Origin: Coniocarpon cinnabarinum
Taxonomy: Eukaryota
DNA: 64,000 bases
NCBI GenBank assembly: GCA_051942205.1
Contig: JAVECO010000033.1
Span: 1 to 64,000 of the forward strand
Direction of reading: 5' to 3'
Part shown: in pieces, positions 22,800-33,873 of the stretch
Layout: every line of letters starts with the position of its first letter
Position numbering within the stretch: the first letter of the stretch is position 1
Made by a program: the position numbers and the translations under genes
Notes under the pieces: model-generated
Database searches by the model: none
What the model was told of the DNA's origin: nothing
What the model saw: only the letters and a program-made list of their open reading frames with translations

Positions 22800-23966
22800 T
22801 CATCCCGTGTCTGGGAAAGATTCGAGCTTTTGCAAGAAAAGTCGTCGGCTCACTTCCCAGTCCACGAAAGCAAGACCGTGCAAAAGACTGTCGGCAAGAT
22901 CGTCGAGCTTCAGCTTGGACTGTCGCGGACGTTCTTCGACCTCTGAACTCGATTTGCTGCCTTTCACCACTGACTGGCGTGTCTTTGGATGGGCAAGAAA
23001 TGCCGCTCGGTTTGCAAGCGTCTCAAGGTCTTCGGAGAGATGTAGTTGTTGTTGGAGCAGAAATCGCACCAGTGCAACGCGTTCAGCCTTATCGTCTTGT
23101 GGCTTGATGCTGCCCATAAGAGCCGTCCAGTTCTTCGGGTCTTGTTTCGATAATGTCTCCAAGCATTTATTCGACAACCAATAGTTTTTCATGCGCTTCG
23201 GTGCGATGGAAGATACTGAAGGCCAAGCAAAACGGTTCCCCTTGACCTTAGACCTTTCGCCGGATGCAGACAAAGCGTACAAGATTGCATGCAGCATTGC
23301 CTCGAGCATGTTTACTCGATAAGTCCACTCAAGGATGCCGAATGAGCCACCTGACCGATGTCGCTGCTCCTCAATTAGAATATGAGTAGGATGCAACCCA
23401 AGGATGTGTCTGTCAACCAAATGATACGCGACTTTCGACATAATAGCAGGATCAAAAGTCTTCATTGCTTCCTCCGAGGTATTTGAAGTGAACTCGGTCG
23501 AACTCTGCATCCAGGACTCACTCGATAGCAACGTATCGTTTTGTCCTGTTTCGTGATCTTCTAGGCTTAGGTCGTTATGTGTTGCAGGAATCAATCCAAG
23601 CCTTGACCAAGCCTTTATGCGGACAGCACCCCTACTAAGCCCAATCATCTGCGAAAAATTGAACAGTCCGGCATGGGCGCCAGCCGGGGTAGTGGCTACA
23701 GCTTTCTGCAAGTCATCCTCCGAAACTTCCATCAGACAGTATGCCAGGTTACGGATACCCATATCTATGCTCAATACCTTGTACTTCTTCCGTCCAGCCA
23801 TTCTTGGCCGCAACAGCTGCTGACCCAAGTCATGTGTAAGTACCTTTTTTGTACCACTGCTTGGTAGGCCTATGTGGAAAGCAATGGCTTTTAGCTCGGC
23901 CAGCTTTGCTTTTTGCAGATGCTGCTGCAAGAGGGGCGCAAGCTTTGATACACGATTAGTGCTCAT
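22800..23966 (-). CDS. CCE1: Mitochondrial Holliday junction resolvase Ydc2/Cce1 with N-terminal SAP-like motif
   Basis: LAELKAIAFHIGLPSSGTKKVL (SAP-like), VLSIDMGIRNLAYC, ILIEEQRHRSGG, VNMLEAMLHA, KLDDLADSLL. Confidence 0.85.
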   Translation of the reverse strand: MSTNRVSKLAPLLQQHLQKAKLAELKAIAFHIGLPSSGTKKVLTHDLGQQLLRPRMAGRKKYKVLSIDMGIRNLAYCLMEVSEDDLQKAVATTPAGAHAGLFNFSQMIGLSRGAVRIKAWSRLGLIPATHNDLSLEDHETGQNDTLLSSESWMQSSTEFTSNTSEEAMKTFDPAIMSKVAYHLVDRHILGLHPTHILIEEQRHRSGGSFGILEWTYRVNMLEAMLHAILYALSASGERSKVKGNRFAWPSVSSIAPKRMKNYWLSNKCLETLSKQDPKNWTALMGSIKPQDDKAERVALVRFLLQQQLHLSEDLETLANRAAFLAHPKTRQSVVKGSKSSSEVEERPRQSKLKLDDLADSLLHGLAFVDWEVSRRLFLQKLESFPDTG

Positions 23967-24430
23967 GCTTGTATGGCCACCTCGATCCCAGAGTCTCCAA
24001 CAATGCCCCCAAACATGTGCAAGCACGCCCTTCTTCACTGGCAGTGGGCATTGGAAGGTCTCTCATGGCGAACTCATTACCTTTACCTCTACCTCGATTT
24101 GCGACAGAGTTCACCTCGCTATCAGAGAAGATTCTTTGACTGGTCGACCGCGGCCAGAAACATTCAAGCTTCTAATTGTTGAATTAAAGAGCGACGCGAT
24201 TGTCAGATTGAATTATAATCGCGATGCGTGCTACAAAAGGAGCCGTAGCGTGATGGACGGCGGATGCAGGTGGAGTTCAGTAGAATTGAATTATGTATGC
24301 CTTAGAAGTAGACATTCTCTAGGCACGTGATCTATTGCCATCATTCAACGCCCAACAGAGCTCTCTTCTTCCATCACCAACACGACCGGTCGTGGAACAT
24401 GTACCGTCGATTGAGCGAGATCGAAATAGA

Positions 24431-25432
24431 ATGATGACTAGCGAGGCTACGGACGAAATGCACCTTGGCTCTGATTTGTTGCCGACTTTGAGCTCGGCGT
24501 TGGAAGCTTTCTTGTCCTCCAATGCTAAATTCCGCATAGTGAAAAGCGTATCATCGAGACTTTGCGATGACAATTCTAAACCCCTCTCTCTGGGGTCGAA
24601 GGGCTCGTCACTACGGCCACGGACGCTTCTCATCTTGGATTCGAGCTTCAACCCCCCGACTCGAGCGCATCTAAGCATGGCAACAAGCGCTCTGAGAGAG
24701 TATTCGGGAGCGACTGATGCGTTAAAGGGTGATAAGGCGCCAAAGCATTCTGGACGCGCTATGATCCAGCAGTTTCCCCGTCCTTATAGAATTCTGCTCT
24801 TATTCTCTGTTCACAACGCCGACAAGTCTCCTTCTCCTGCTTCATTCCCGCATCGTCTTGCTTTGATGTACGCATCTGCTCTTGATATGATGACATCTGT
24901 GTCCTCGATGTCTTCGGAGCTTTCTCAAGATGATATAGACATTGACGTGGCTATTACAAAGGAGCCATTCTATTCCGACAAGAGCGCTGCAATCGAAGCT
25001 TCGGGCGCGTATCAGGTAGAGGGCTCGCATCACATTCACCTGATCGGTTACGACACATTCGTACGATTTCTCAACCCGAAATATTACGAGAATTTTAGCC
25101 CCCCACTCTCGGCACTCAATAACTTCTTCGACCATCATGGCCTGAGGTTGACGTTGCGAGCATCATCGCAAGAAGAAGCCCAGGATCAACGGCGAAAGTG
25201 GGAGTCTCTCGCGAGTGGCGACTTGGTTGGAGAGGGTGGCCGCAAAGAATGGGCCGGGAAGATTGAGGTCGTGGAAGGCGAGGCGGATATTATTGGTGTC
25301 AGTAGCACTGCAGTCCGAAGCGCATGCGAGAGCCGAGATTGGGGCACTATTGAGAGGCTGTGTCCACCACATGTTGCGACATGGATCCGATCTCAAGGCC
25401 TGTACCAAGAGAACGCAACTGGGAAGATCTGA
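24431..25432 (+). CDS. POF1-like nicotinamide-nucleotide adenylyltransferase (cytidylyltransferase-like fold)
   Basis: LLILDSSFNPPTRAH, LLLFSVHNADK, IGYDTFVRFLNPKYY, VSSTAVR. Confidence 0.82.
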   Translation: MMTSEATDEMHLGSDLLPTLSSALEAFLSSNAKFRIVKSVSSRLCDDNSKPLSLGSKGSSLRPRTLLILDSSFNPPTRAHLSMATSALREYSGATDALKGDKAPKHSGRAMIQQFPRPYRILLLFSVHNADKSPSPASFPHRLALMYASALDMMTSVSSMSSELSQDDIDIDVAITKEPFYSDKSAAIEASGAYQVEGSHHIHLIGYDTFVRFLNPKYYENFSPPLSALNNFFDHHGLRLTLRASSQEEAQDQRRKWESLASGDLVGEGGRKEWAGKIEVVEGEADIIGVSSTAVRSACESRDWGTIERLCPPHVATWIRSQGLYQENATGKI

Positions 25433-26072
25433 TTGTCGCACTGATGGAGATTCACCGCCTTTAATTGTTGCTCGGCAGGCAAAAAGACGTGCAAGGTGAC
25501 GACCGTTTTCCAATGAGGAAAACCAGCTTCGAACATTTCCTGTCTTACACGGCAGACGGAAGCGGAGGCTAATGCGCTAGATCTATGTGTGTAGTCGAAA
25601 ACTACTCAGCTGCTCAGAGATTGACAGAAATCGCGTTGTGCGTGCATGTCAGGGCCTTGCTGGTGTCGTGCAGAGAAGGCACACAGGAACCTTGTCAATG
25701 AATCCTGCATATTCTCTCAGAGCGACTTGAAGCACCTGAATGATGCGAGAAGGATGAAGTGACTAAGAAATACGACGCAGATGAGCGGCGAAACATCAAT
25801 CCAAACAGCTGTGTTTACAGTTAGGAAAACATCGCGACGATGATTTGCAGCTATTTTCTGAGAAGTGGTCGAACACGAATACACATTTTTAACGCTGCGG
25901 TATTTGTTGAGATGTGCCGAAGAAATGTTTCGAAGCACGTACGTCGTGGCAGAAACTGTTGGCAGAGCCTTCACCTAACAACCACCTTCACCAGATCTCA
26001 CTTCATAAGTCTGGCTTGTCCATTCTTGACTCTTCTTCCTCTTTTGTGAACATCTTGAGTCACAGCAACGAT

Positions 26073-26384
26073 ATGTCACAACCAAAGAAGCTGCCACATC
26101 TCCCTGCGGAAATCCGTCAGCGCATCTTCACCCTCGCTCTTATTCCTCCAGATCCTCTCCACGCCCTTGACTCCGCCTGGCCCGATCACAGCCTCATCCG
26201 CACTTTCTTCCAAACTACCAAAAAGGCCTCGAAGCTCATCCCGTCAATCCTGAAAGATGACGTCAGGCATGTTCTAGTTAAGGAGATCCTTCCCATAATG
26301 CGGCAAGATCTCAACGATCTGCGAGATGGATCCAATCTACAGGAGGAACTCTCCAGGCAAATGTTACGCGAGTGGCAGAAGTGA
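26073..26384 (+). CDS. Small hypothetical protein with F-box-like N-terminal motif; possibly truncated by a TGA
   Basis: LPHLPAEIRQRIFTLAL resembles the fungal F-box-like LP.E+R..I motif; the frame stays open for 38 more codons after TGA 26382. Confidence 0.45.
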   Translation: MSQPKKLPHLPAEIRQRIFTLALIPPDPLHALDSAWPDHSLIRTFFQTTKKASKLIPSILKDDVRHVLVKEILPIMRQDLNDLRDGSNLQEELSRQMLREWQK

Positions 26385-27479
26385 GAAGCAGCAGATTACC
26401 GACGTGGACGCGGTAGAGTACTCTGCGAGGCTAGGGCGCGGATTTCTCAGCTTCAAATGACGCTCGAGTTTTTGGAAGACTGGATGAAAGAAGGAGCTTA
26501 AGTCAAGACTAGCGGGAAAGCCACTGGCGGTGGTCGTTCTGTTCTGGAGCTCGCCAATGTTCTGAGGACGCGCGCGTATCTTGCAATCCCCGAGAAAACT
26601 TAAACGGCTCTAAGTTAGTTTACAGTGGCGCGTGACTTGTTCTCAACGGGATTGATAGGTTACCAGCAAGATCGGGCCGTAGATTGCTAGGTTCATAATC
26701 AGTCTAAGGTCATACTAAACGAAGTGAATGACGATGCCTACCGTCATAAATGGCGTGCGCCGCTGCAGTTACTGCATTTTGAGTTTGTGTCAGCAGTGAA
26801 AACCCTAGAATAGTGCCTTCCGCAAGACCTGGACTCGAGCTCTCAGTGTGTTGAAGAAAGTTCCTAATACGCCACAAACTGCCAATCCACGCTCTGATGT
26901 GGCAAAGGCGCCTATTGCGAGCTTATTAGTGCGTATCGCGTGCTCTTTTTTCGGTAAGCAGCATTTTGGTGACACCGTGTGGTAAATTGTTGGAATTATG
27001 TTAGCAGATCTGAAGCTTCTAAACAGCAAGATCTGAAGGAAGATCGCCATTGCCCTACCAAACTCAGTCATGTGGCAACTGATCTACTGTTTTGCCGCCA
27101 CTTGCCCCATCTACCTATCTAGCGTTTGCTTCTTATACTAACACGTAGTACATACAAGAGCTCGCGAAAGGTCTTAAAGACAGTTAATCTAGTCGTAACA
27201 ACTAAGAGCCTCTCGTAACTCCTTTATTTCCCTCGCCTGTTTGGATAACCATCAACATTCGGTCAACCCGTTATTCCAGCTTACGGCTTGTTTATTTCTC
27301 CTTTTGTACGGCTACGGCACCACTGCAACGTAACCAGACTGTAACAAGACTATCGGCCAGAGTGGTCAGTGATCGAATGAATGACGGCTTTGCAAAACAT
27401 CCGTCAGTGGCACAAAGACGTGACTTGAGCTGCTGGGACCCAGTTACAGGTAGCGGCACGAAGAAGTCGGATACCTGCA

Positions 27480-29086
27480 TCAAACATGCTCCACTTCAAT
27501 CTGCCTCTTCACATAGATCCCGTCTTCAAAGACCTTGCCTTCATTCTTCGCCACCTCGCTGCCACTGCCATGTGTCGCGACCGCTTTTGATTCCGCGGGG
27601 CCCATGTGAGGTCGCGACGAAACAAGCTCCTCGTCCGACACGTCTCGCGAGCCGAGACGATGGGTCTTGGACGACAGGCGCGTGTTCGAGACGCGGCGGC
27701 GGATGGAAACGACGAGCGACTTCAGGCTATCGGTGGGGAGGATTTGCTGGAACAACGGGCGTAGGAGGATGGCACATGCCGCGACGATTCCGACTTGGGC
27801 TTCGATCAGGTTCCAGACGGTGAAGCCGGTGATGGTGACTGTGTCGTGTCAGCAAGGATGGCTCTCCCCTGGCTTTCGTGAAGCTGGCGTGTGAAGTGTT
27901 GAGCTCAGTTGTAGGACTTTGAAAGTATACGGGGCAGATGCTCAGGTCTTGGGAGGAAGGGAAGATCAAGCAGAGATGAACATGGGACTTACGGATTCCA
28001 TCGAGGTGATAAATACTTGTTATATTGTCAGTGACGTTTCAACACGTCTGTGATCAAGTTTTGACTCGCCTCTGCTTGATTGGATGTAGATATATGCTTT
28101 GCCAATGCCGGCACCACATGACCTGGGTAGATACTTAGTAGTCCATCCCTATGCGATACGCAAGGGGCGCACCTACAACAGGCCAATCATGAAGGTCAAA
28201 GTGAGCAGCAACTTGCGATGAAACTCCATGTGCAAGGACCATATCTGCCTGAGTGGTTAGGGTGAGCTTTTGAGAAGGTTGCCTTGGCACTGACCATTGG
28301 TAAAGGTATCAACAAAGTGATAAAGTCGGAGGCAATGGAGCTACCGACCATTGCATAGCCAGCCGGAATGGCAGAGCCACACCGATGAAGGTATTGAATT
28401 GGGGTACCGAAGAGAGCCTTCAGGTGTGATCCACACTCTGCGAGGCCCGTGATTTCGTATGCAACGGTCCACAATATCATCAACACAATCCAGATATCGA
28501 TGACTCGTCTGAAAGACGTTTTGTGACCGAAGATGCGACGGTATAAGAACGAAATGGAAATCTTGATCAGTCCCAAGGTAGGGATGCCAACCGCCATCGC
28601 TCCCAACTCGATCTGAATCTGCATTAGCATGTCTTTGCCGGGCTTGCTTGTCATCTACTTACGTGCTTAGCTTTGTTCGCGTTGCTGCCGATCGCTCTTG
28701 GGTCTTCAATAGCCACGTTCAACGGCCGGCCGAGGACGCCGATTGCCACTCCTGTGTATCGTGGTTCAGCCTTCATCACAACTGCTGAAGTCATACGAAA
28801 TCGGCAAGAGGAAGGACAAAGAGACTGTAGATCCATTCGAAGAACAGCAAAGAAACATATGACGGCGACTGTGGATCCTCAAAATGGATTGATATAACAT
28901 ACCATATATCTCCATGACAGCCAGGCCTGTGGCTCCTATGAGAGACGCCAGAATGAGCCAGTCGTCGATGCCAAAGGATGGCTTTTGCTTCCGGCGTGCC
29001 AGAAATCGTGCGACTACACATGATGATGAGATCAACTCCAGAATCACGCTTGCAGCTATGATGCCCTTTGGGTTGTTGTAAGGCAT
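27480..29086 (-). CDS. Pth11-like / fungal rhodopsin-domain 7TM integral membrane protein (no CFEM domain), multi-exon
   Basis: VVARFLARR...GIDDWLIL, LIKISISFLYRRIF, SDFITLLIPLPMIWSLHM...RK, WNLIEAQVGIVAACAILLRPLF; about 7 exons, with one junction ambiguous. Confidence 0.82.
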
Positions 29087-30072
29087 TTCGAAAGATGAAG
29101 CTTCAGATCGGCGGTCAAGGCTTGGGTATCCAAACGAAGCTTTTGTGAAAGAGACGTCAATGGCAGACGCAATAAGAACGATGATGTATGAACCCTTGAG
29201 ACCTTTATCAGGACGCGACTACTTGCCACCAAGTGATATGTATGCTGTCCTAGGCAGACAGCTCCAGTGGCCTGACTCTGCAGGGCTTCTTGTAGGTGCT
29301 GTGAGCTGGATCCATAATCCTTGTAGAAGGGATCGGCGTTGATTGGCACTGCAAAGATGCGGCGTGGCTCCACATTGCAGCACCTGTAAGCAGAGTTGCC
29401 GTTCGTGCGTCAAGGTAGTAGGTACATTGGACGGGAACCCCCCCTGGAAGGCAATGCAGCGTCCCGCATCTGCTGATCGGCGTGAGCTGATCGTATCTGA
29501 GTCGTCACAACCCTAGAGGCTCCGCGATATACAGAGACATCCGAGACAACCTTCCCTAAACTGCCGATCGAAAGATGCTGTCAGCGGCGTCGACGCCTAC
29601 AAGGCAACTGGGAACTCCGGAGACGCTTAAGCGTGCGGACTACGAGCTGAAAATCTCTCGGTCGTCACGCTCGAGGCCCTCCTAGATATCATTTGCCAGC
29701 TCATACATAAATCATTGCATCCTATGCATCTTGGTCACATTGCTCAATATTTTGGAATTACGAGCCGTGTGTCCGATTGTCCTGCAGGCTACGCCCCCAC
29801 CTAGCCCTCGGGTCCCGTCTTTACGCCTTGACGGTGCATCTTGGAGGTGCAGTAAGGCATGAGCCACTGTCGTTTACCTCTGTTTATGCCGCAGAATTTG
29901 GTTCGGAATGCCGATATAAGCCTGGATGACCACTTGATCCTCGTACCGATCCATAGCTCAAACTGGAACTTTGCGAGATCTGAACTGTGAACGCTCTTCG
30001 GAATAATAAGTATGTAGATAGTAATGACGCGTTCAGTGCAAGAAGCGGGCTTTCATCATCTCTCTACGGACA

Positions 30073-32069
30073 TCAATTTTCAAGAGCGTCAGCAAGATTA
30101 TTTATGCAAGCACAACGCTCGAAGAGGTTTTCGGACCTCAAAGCCTGCACGGCCTGGTCAACCTGAGAATCGTTCGCTGCAGCAAACCCGAGAGCATTTG
30201 ATACGACTTCTTGTAACTTCCCAAACTCAAGGTTCATCACCCGTTGATTCTCGTAGTTACTGTGCAGCAGACTTGTCGCTGCCCTTTCCTGTCTTCCAGA
30301 CGCTGTTGTGTTCGATATGTGGACTGGAATTGACTTGTGTTGGCCTCCTATTAAAAGCACGTTGTACATGGTCGGCATGAGGTCTCTTTCATCGCTGATA
30401 ACATCATACGCTTCTGGCCAAGATCGGAATGTTCTGCTTTCGCCCGAGGACAACACAGGATCAGCATTGTGAGCGAATGATAAGACACTACCAGCGAAGT
30501 GTCTAGCTAATTCTCTGTCTTCGTTGTTTAATTCACCCTCAGGAAAGTGGTTAAATAAATAAGATAGATCAGAGCCATGAGAGGCTCCAATCCAAGGCAT
30601 GCCTGCATGGTTCCAAATTGGATTGAGTGTGCTTTGATTGAGGTCATATAAGCGAACATTTTTAAACCAAGACTTGTGCGTTTTGTCCATCTGAGTTCGT
30701 TTCATCGCTTGATAAGTGAAATAGATCGACGGACACGTGAACAGCATGTCGCGAAGCAGCCTTGATGTTGCAAAATATTGGGACGAGACGGAAGGATCCT
30801 CCACACCCTTGTGCAAATTGTATCGGGTGGCGTCGTCTTCAAAATCTGATGCTTTGTATTTGTCAAGAAGTGCAGATACTTGTTCAGAATTTAGGCCAGT
30901 GGCAAAGTTCTTAAGAGGGTTGACAGTGTCGTCTTTGGAGTTAATCAACGGAGCAGGCCCCGCATTCATCGCGCCATCGTCGTGTGTCCAGCCAAGTACT
31001 GCCGGTACACCTTTGCCATGTTAGCGTTTCGCCTATACTGACTAGTAAGCCAGACCACCAACGTACCCTTGACGAACCTCCCTTCACGGAGAAGCACAGA
31101 TGGGCGGTCAGGCAAAATGTCGTCGTCTACCGACGGAATGAATGTAAAGAGGCCCATAGGTGGATGGTATGCAACAGCATAATCAGTCGCCTTGGCTAAT
31201 AGCTCATCCATGGGAATCTGCCGTAAGCAATCAAGGGTTTTGTCAGCACCCAACGATGCTGCGCAGCCGACTCGCTCTGCCACTGCCTTCGTATGGATAG
31301 TCGTTGCATCAGACGACATGTTAAGTGCTGTACCTGGTGGGCCGGACATTGTCCATGCTTGATCAAAGGGTAGACCTTGCTCTCCACCATATGCAAAATG
31401 TTGCAGTGAAAGAAAGGTGCCGCCAGCACTGTGTCCTATAGCAGTGATGCGGCTCGGGTCACCGCCAAAGGCTGCTATGTTGTCCTTGAGCCATTCGAAA
31501 GCGAAACGTTGATCGCGAAATCCGGCGTTTAATGAGTGGCTCTCCTCCAGTGACTCCAGCCGCGCAAAGCCGAATATGTTCAGCCGATGCTGGATGGCAA
31601 CAAATATGACAGGAGATCCAGTTGTGGCCGACAGCTCAACGAGGCGTTGCGGATTAAAGTGCTCATCGTAAGCTGAGCCTCTGACTACGCCGCCTCCATG
31701 AAGCCAGACAAGTACAGGCAGTCGAGCAGAAGAAGTCGTTCCACTTGGGCGAACGATCCTCAGGTTTAGACAGTCCTCGCTAACCTCAGAATATGCCCCA
31801 AAAAAGGGTGGGACAGCATTTGTCAATTGTGGACAGGCGGGTCCTGGCACAGTAGCATTGACTGTGGTGCCAGGGATAGGGTCAAATGGCTGCGGCGGTG
31901 CGAATCGATTTGCACCAGAAGTATCCTGAGCAAACTTGACGTTGTCAAAGAAATCTAGAGAGGCAACATTGGTGCCTTGGTAGGAGACATCATTGCGAGC
32001 ATTGTGAACGAGAGGCTCAGAGATTGCAAGTCGTAACAGGCTTACGAGTACTATTCGGAGCCTAGCCAT
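30073..32069 (-). CDS. Secreted type-B carboxylesterase/lipase, 2 exons (intron about 31012-31066)
   Basis: Signal peptide MARLRIVLVSLLRLAIS; SEDCLNL, WLHGGG, GHSAGG (catalytic Ser), GWTHDDG, ASHGSDL; GTACGT...GCTAAC...AAG intron joins the two ORFs in frame. Confidence 0.9.
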
Positions 32070-32462
32070 GTCTATGGAAGAAAACCTGGCGCTGGACAGA
32101 ATTGGCAGAAATGTTCAGACAATAGCTTTCGCTGCATTGGACAGCCACTTTCAATCAAATGCTCACCGACAAAAAAGTCATAGAAATGAGAGAAGGGCGG
32201 CACCTGTTGCGAGCTGATGTGACTTGGGCCGTTTGCCTGGCGAATCGCCATGACGTCTGAATGTGGAGACACGGACAGGCCTTGCATGAGAGACGGGCTG
32301 TGCCATACGCCTCGCCCTGATACCATGCACGAAGGCATGGGGTTGTGATAGATCAGCATTTCCCCGCTGCGATTCAGGAGGGGATCTGTCGCGACGTGGC
32401 ACGACGACAATCCGTTTGGTGGCTCTGCAGGAGGTTGGGGATGAAGCGACGATTCAGTTCTG

Positions 32463-32502
32463 CGGAGAATACTCCGTACCTACGGAGAATACCTACGGAG
32501 TA
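32463..32502. promoter_or_regulatory. Cluster of CGG half-sites (CGG-N8-CCG palindrome plus a 13-bp direct repeat); putative Zn2Cys6 binding region
   Basis: CGGAGAATACTCCG TACCTACGGAGAA TACCTACGGAGTA, about 400 bp upstream of the esterase ATG. Confidence 0.4.
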
Positions 32503-32779
32503 ATCTACGCGCCGAACGGCAGGAGGCTGAGCGCTAGTGTCGTTAGCGTCGCCCTACATCCAGCCAGCCACTTCCGAGACAAGCTTGGCGCAGGCGGCCC
32601 GGCGCGCCGGATACATGATTCGTGCCATGGACGGTGATCGGTTATCCTACATACACAGCCTATTGCTCCGGCTCGAGAATAGAACAGATCAGAGCCCGTC
32701 CCCTTCAGCAATGTCCACTTCGTCCAAGAGCCCGCCGCATATTCAGATGCAGTGTGAGATGCGCCCTATCGTCCATCAA

Positions 32780-33065
32780 TCAGAACTCGCAGATGTTCAC
32801 GCCCTCTCCTGATACGTCTCTGCGCTCTTTTAGGAAGCACAAGTCCGGGTCAAACTCGGTCGAGCCGTCTGCTGCTGGCGCTCTCTTCGCCGCATGGGCG
32901 CTAATCGCAGCTGTTCGTTCCTCAATCCCCGATGCGAAGTCTACGGGTCGTCGATGTGAGCAGCCGCCGCATTCCTGGGGGAAAGGCTTTCTCACCTGCT
33001 ACTGGTAGAGCAGAAGCTTGCAGAATAACGGTGACGACCGTGGCCACGATCTTCGTGAATTTCAT
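32780..33065 (-). CDS. Small secreted Kex2-processed peptide precursor (candidate RiPP precursor), 76 aa, 2 exons (33065-32996, 32940-32780)
   Basis: 55-nt intron GTGAGA...GCTCAC...TAG gives MKFTKIVATVVTVILQASALPVADFASGIEERTAAISAHAAKRAPAADGSTEFDPDLCFLKERRDVSGEGVNICEF*; signal peptide ending ASA-LP, with KR and RR sites. Confidence 0.75.
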
Positions 33066-33873
33066 GTCTGGTTCGTGGTTAGACGGAGATCGTTGCTGTT
33101 GGGTGGTGGTTTTTGGCCTTGAGGACAGGCAAGGGTTACTGAGTACCAAAGCTTGAAAGGAGTTTACGGGGACCTTTTTTTATGTCCAAATGTTGTGGAG
33201 TCAGTCATTCAGACGTGGTGATGTGACATATGCAGCACAGCGCCATATTGTTGCCGCGAAGCCGTTTCCCGCCCCTTGCTAGGAACCTTGCTCGAGGAGC
33301 ATCTCCGTCGAGTCGAAGACTTTGCCACGTCCGCGGCCCAATGAGGTTTTGACAATAGCGCTCGCAATGCTTGCTTCGCATATGCCGCCGTCCTACGATC
33401 GAAAGCTTGTAGGGGGGCTTCTCCGAATCAGAACAACGGACACGTGCGGCGTAAGTGATCTGCACGAAGCGGCGCTGCCATGATTCAAGTTCGCTCTGAC
33501 AGGTATCTGATACTTCCATCAACTACGGGATTGCATGCTTCCCACGCCACATACGAAATTTAGTGTAAGCAGACATAGGCACAGTGCGTCATGTGGTATC
33601 TGTGAAAAAATCACACCATCAGAGTCTCTCAGCATCGATGAGATATTTCCCCTCATTGGACTCCCCAATTCTGTGGTGCGGCACAAGCAGTGTTACCCCT
33701 CTTCATTCACGCTTCGATTATTGTGATTGGTCTTGATGTCTTACCCTTTGCCGTGAAATTACCGACACGAAAACTTGTAGAATCCGAAAAGAAGGCACAC
33801 AATTTTGACAAAGCTTAGGCTTGAATAACACTCCACCAAGGATCTCGAACTTGATCACGAATCTCCTTTCAAA

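Noticed and set aside
25730..25865. Box C/D snoRNA-like words (ATGATG...CTGA)
   Set aside because: Box C is imperfect; no terminal stem or rRNA-complementary guide was recognised.
32780..32800. C-terminal Cys of the precursor as a CAAX pheromone signal
   Set aside because: Cys is third from the end (CEF), not fourth, and the protein has a signal peptide, unlike a-factor-type pheromones.
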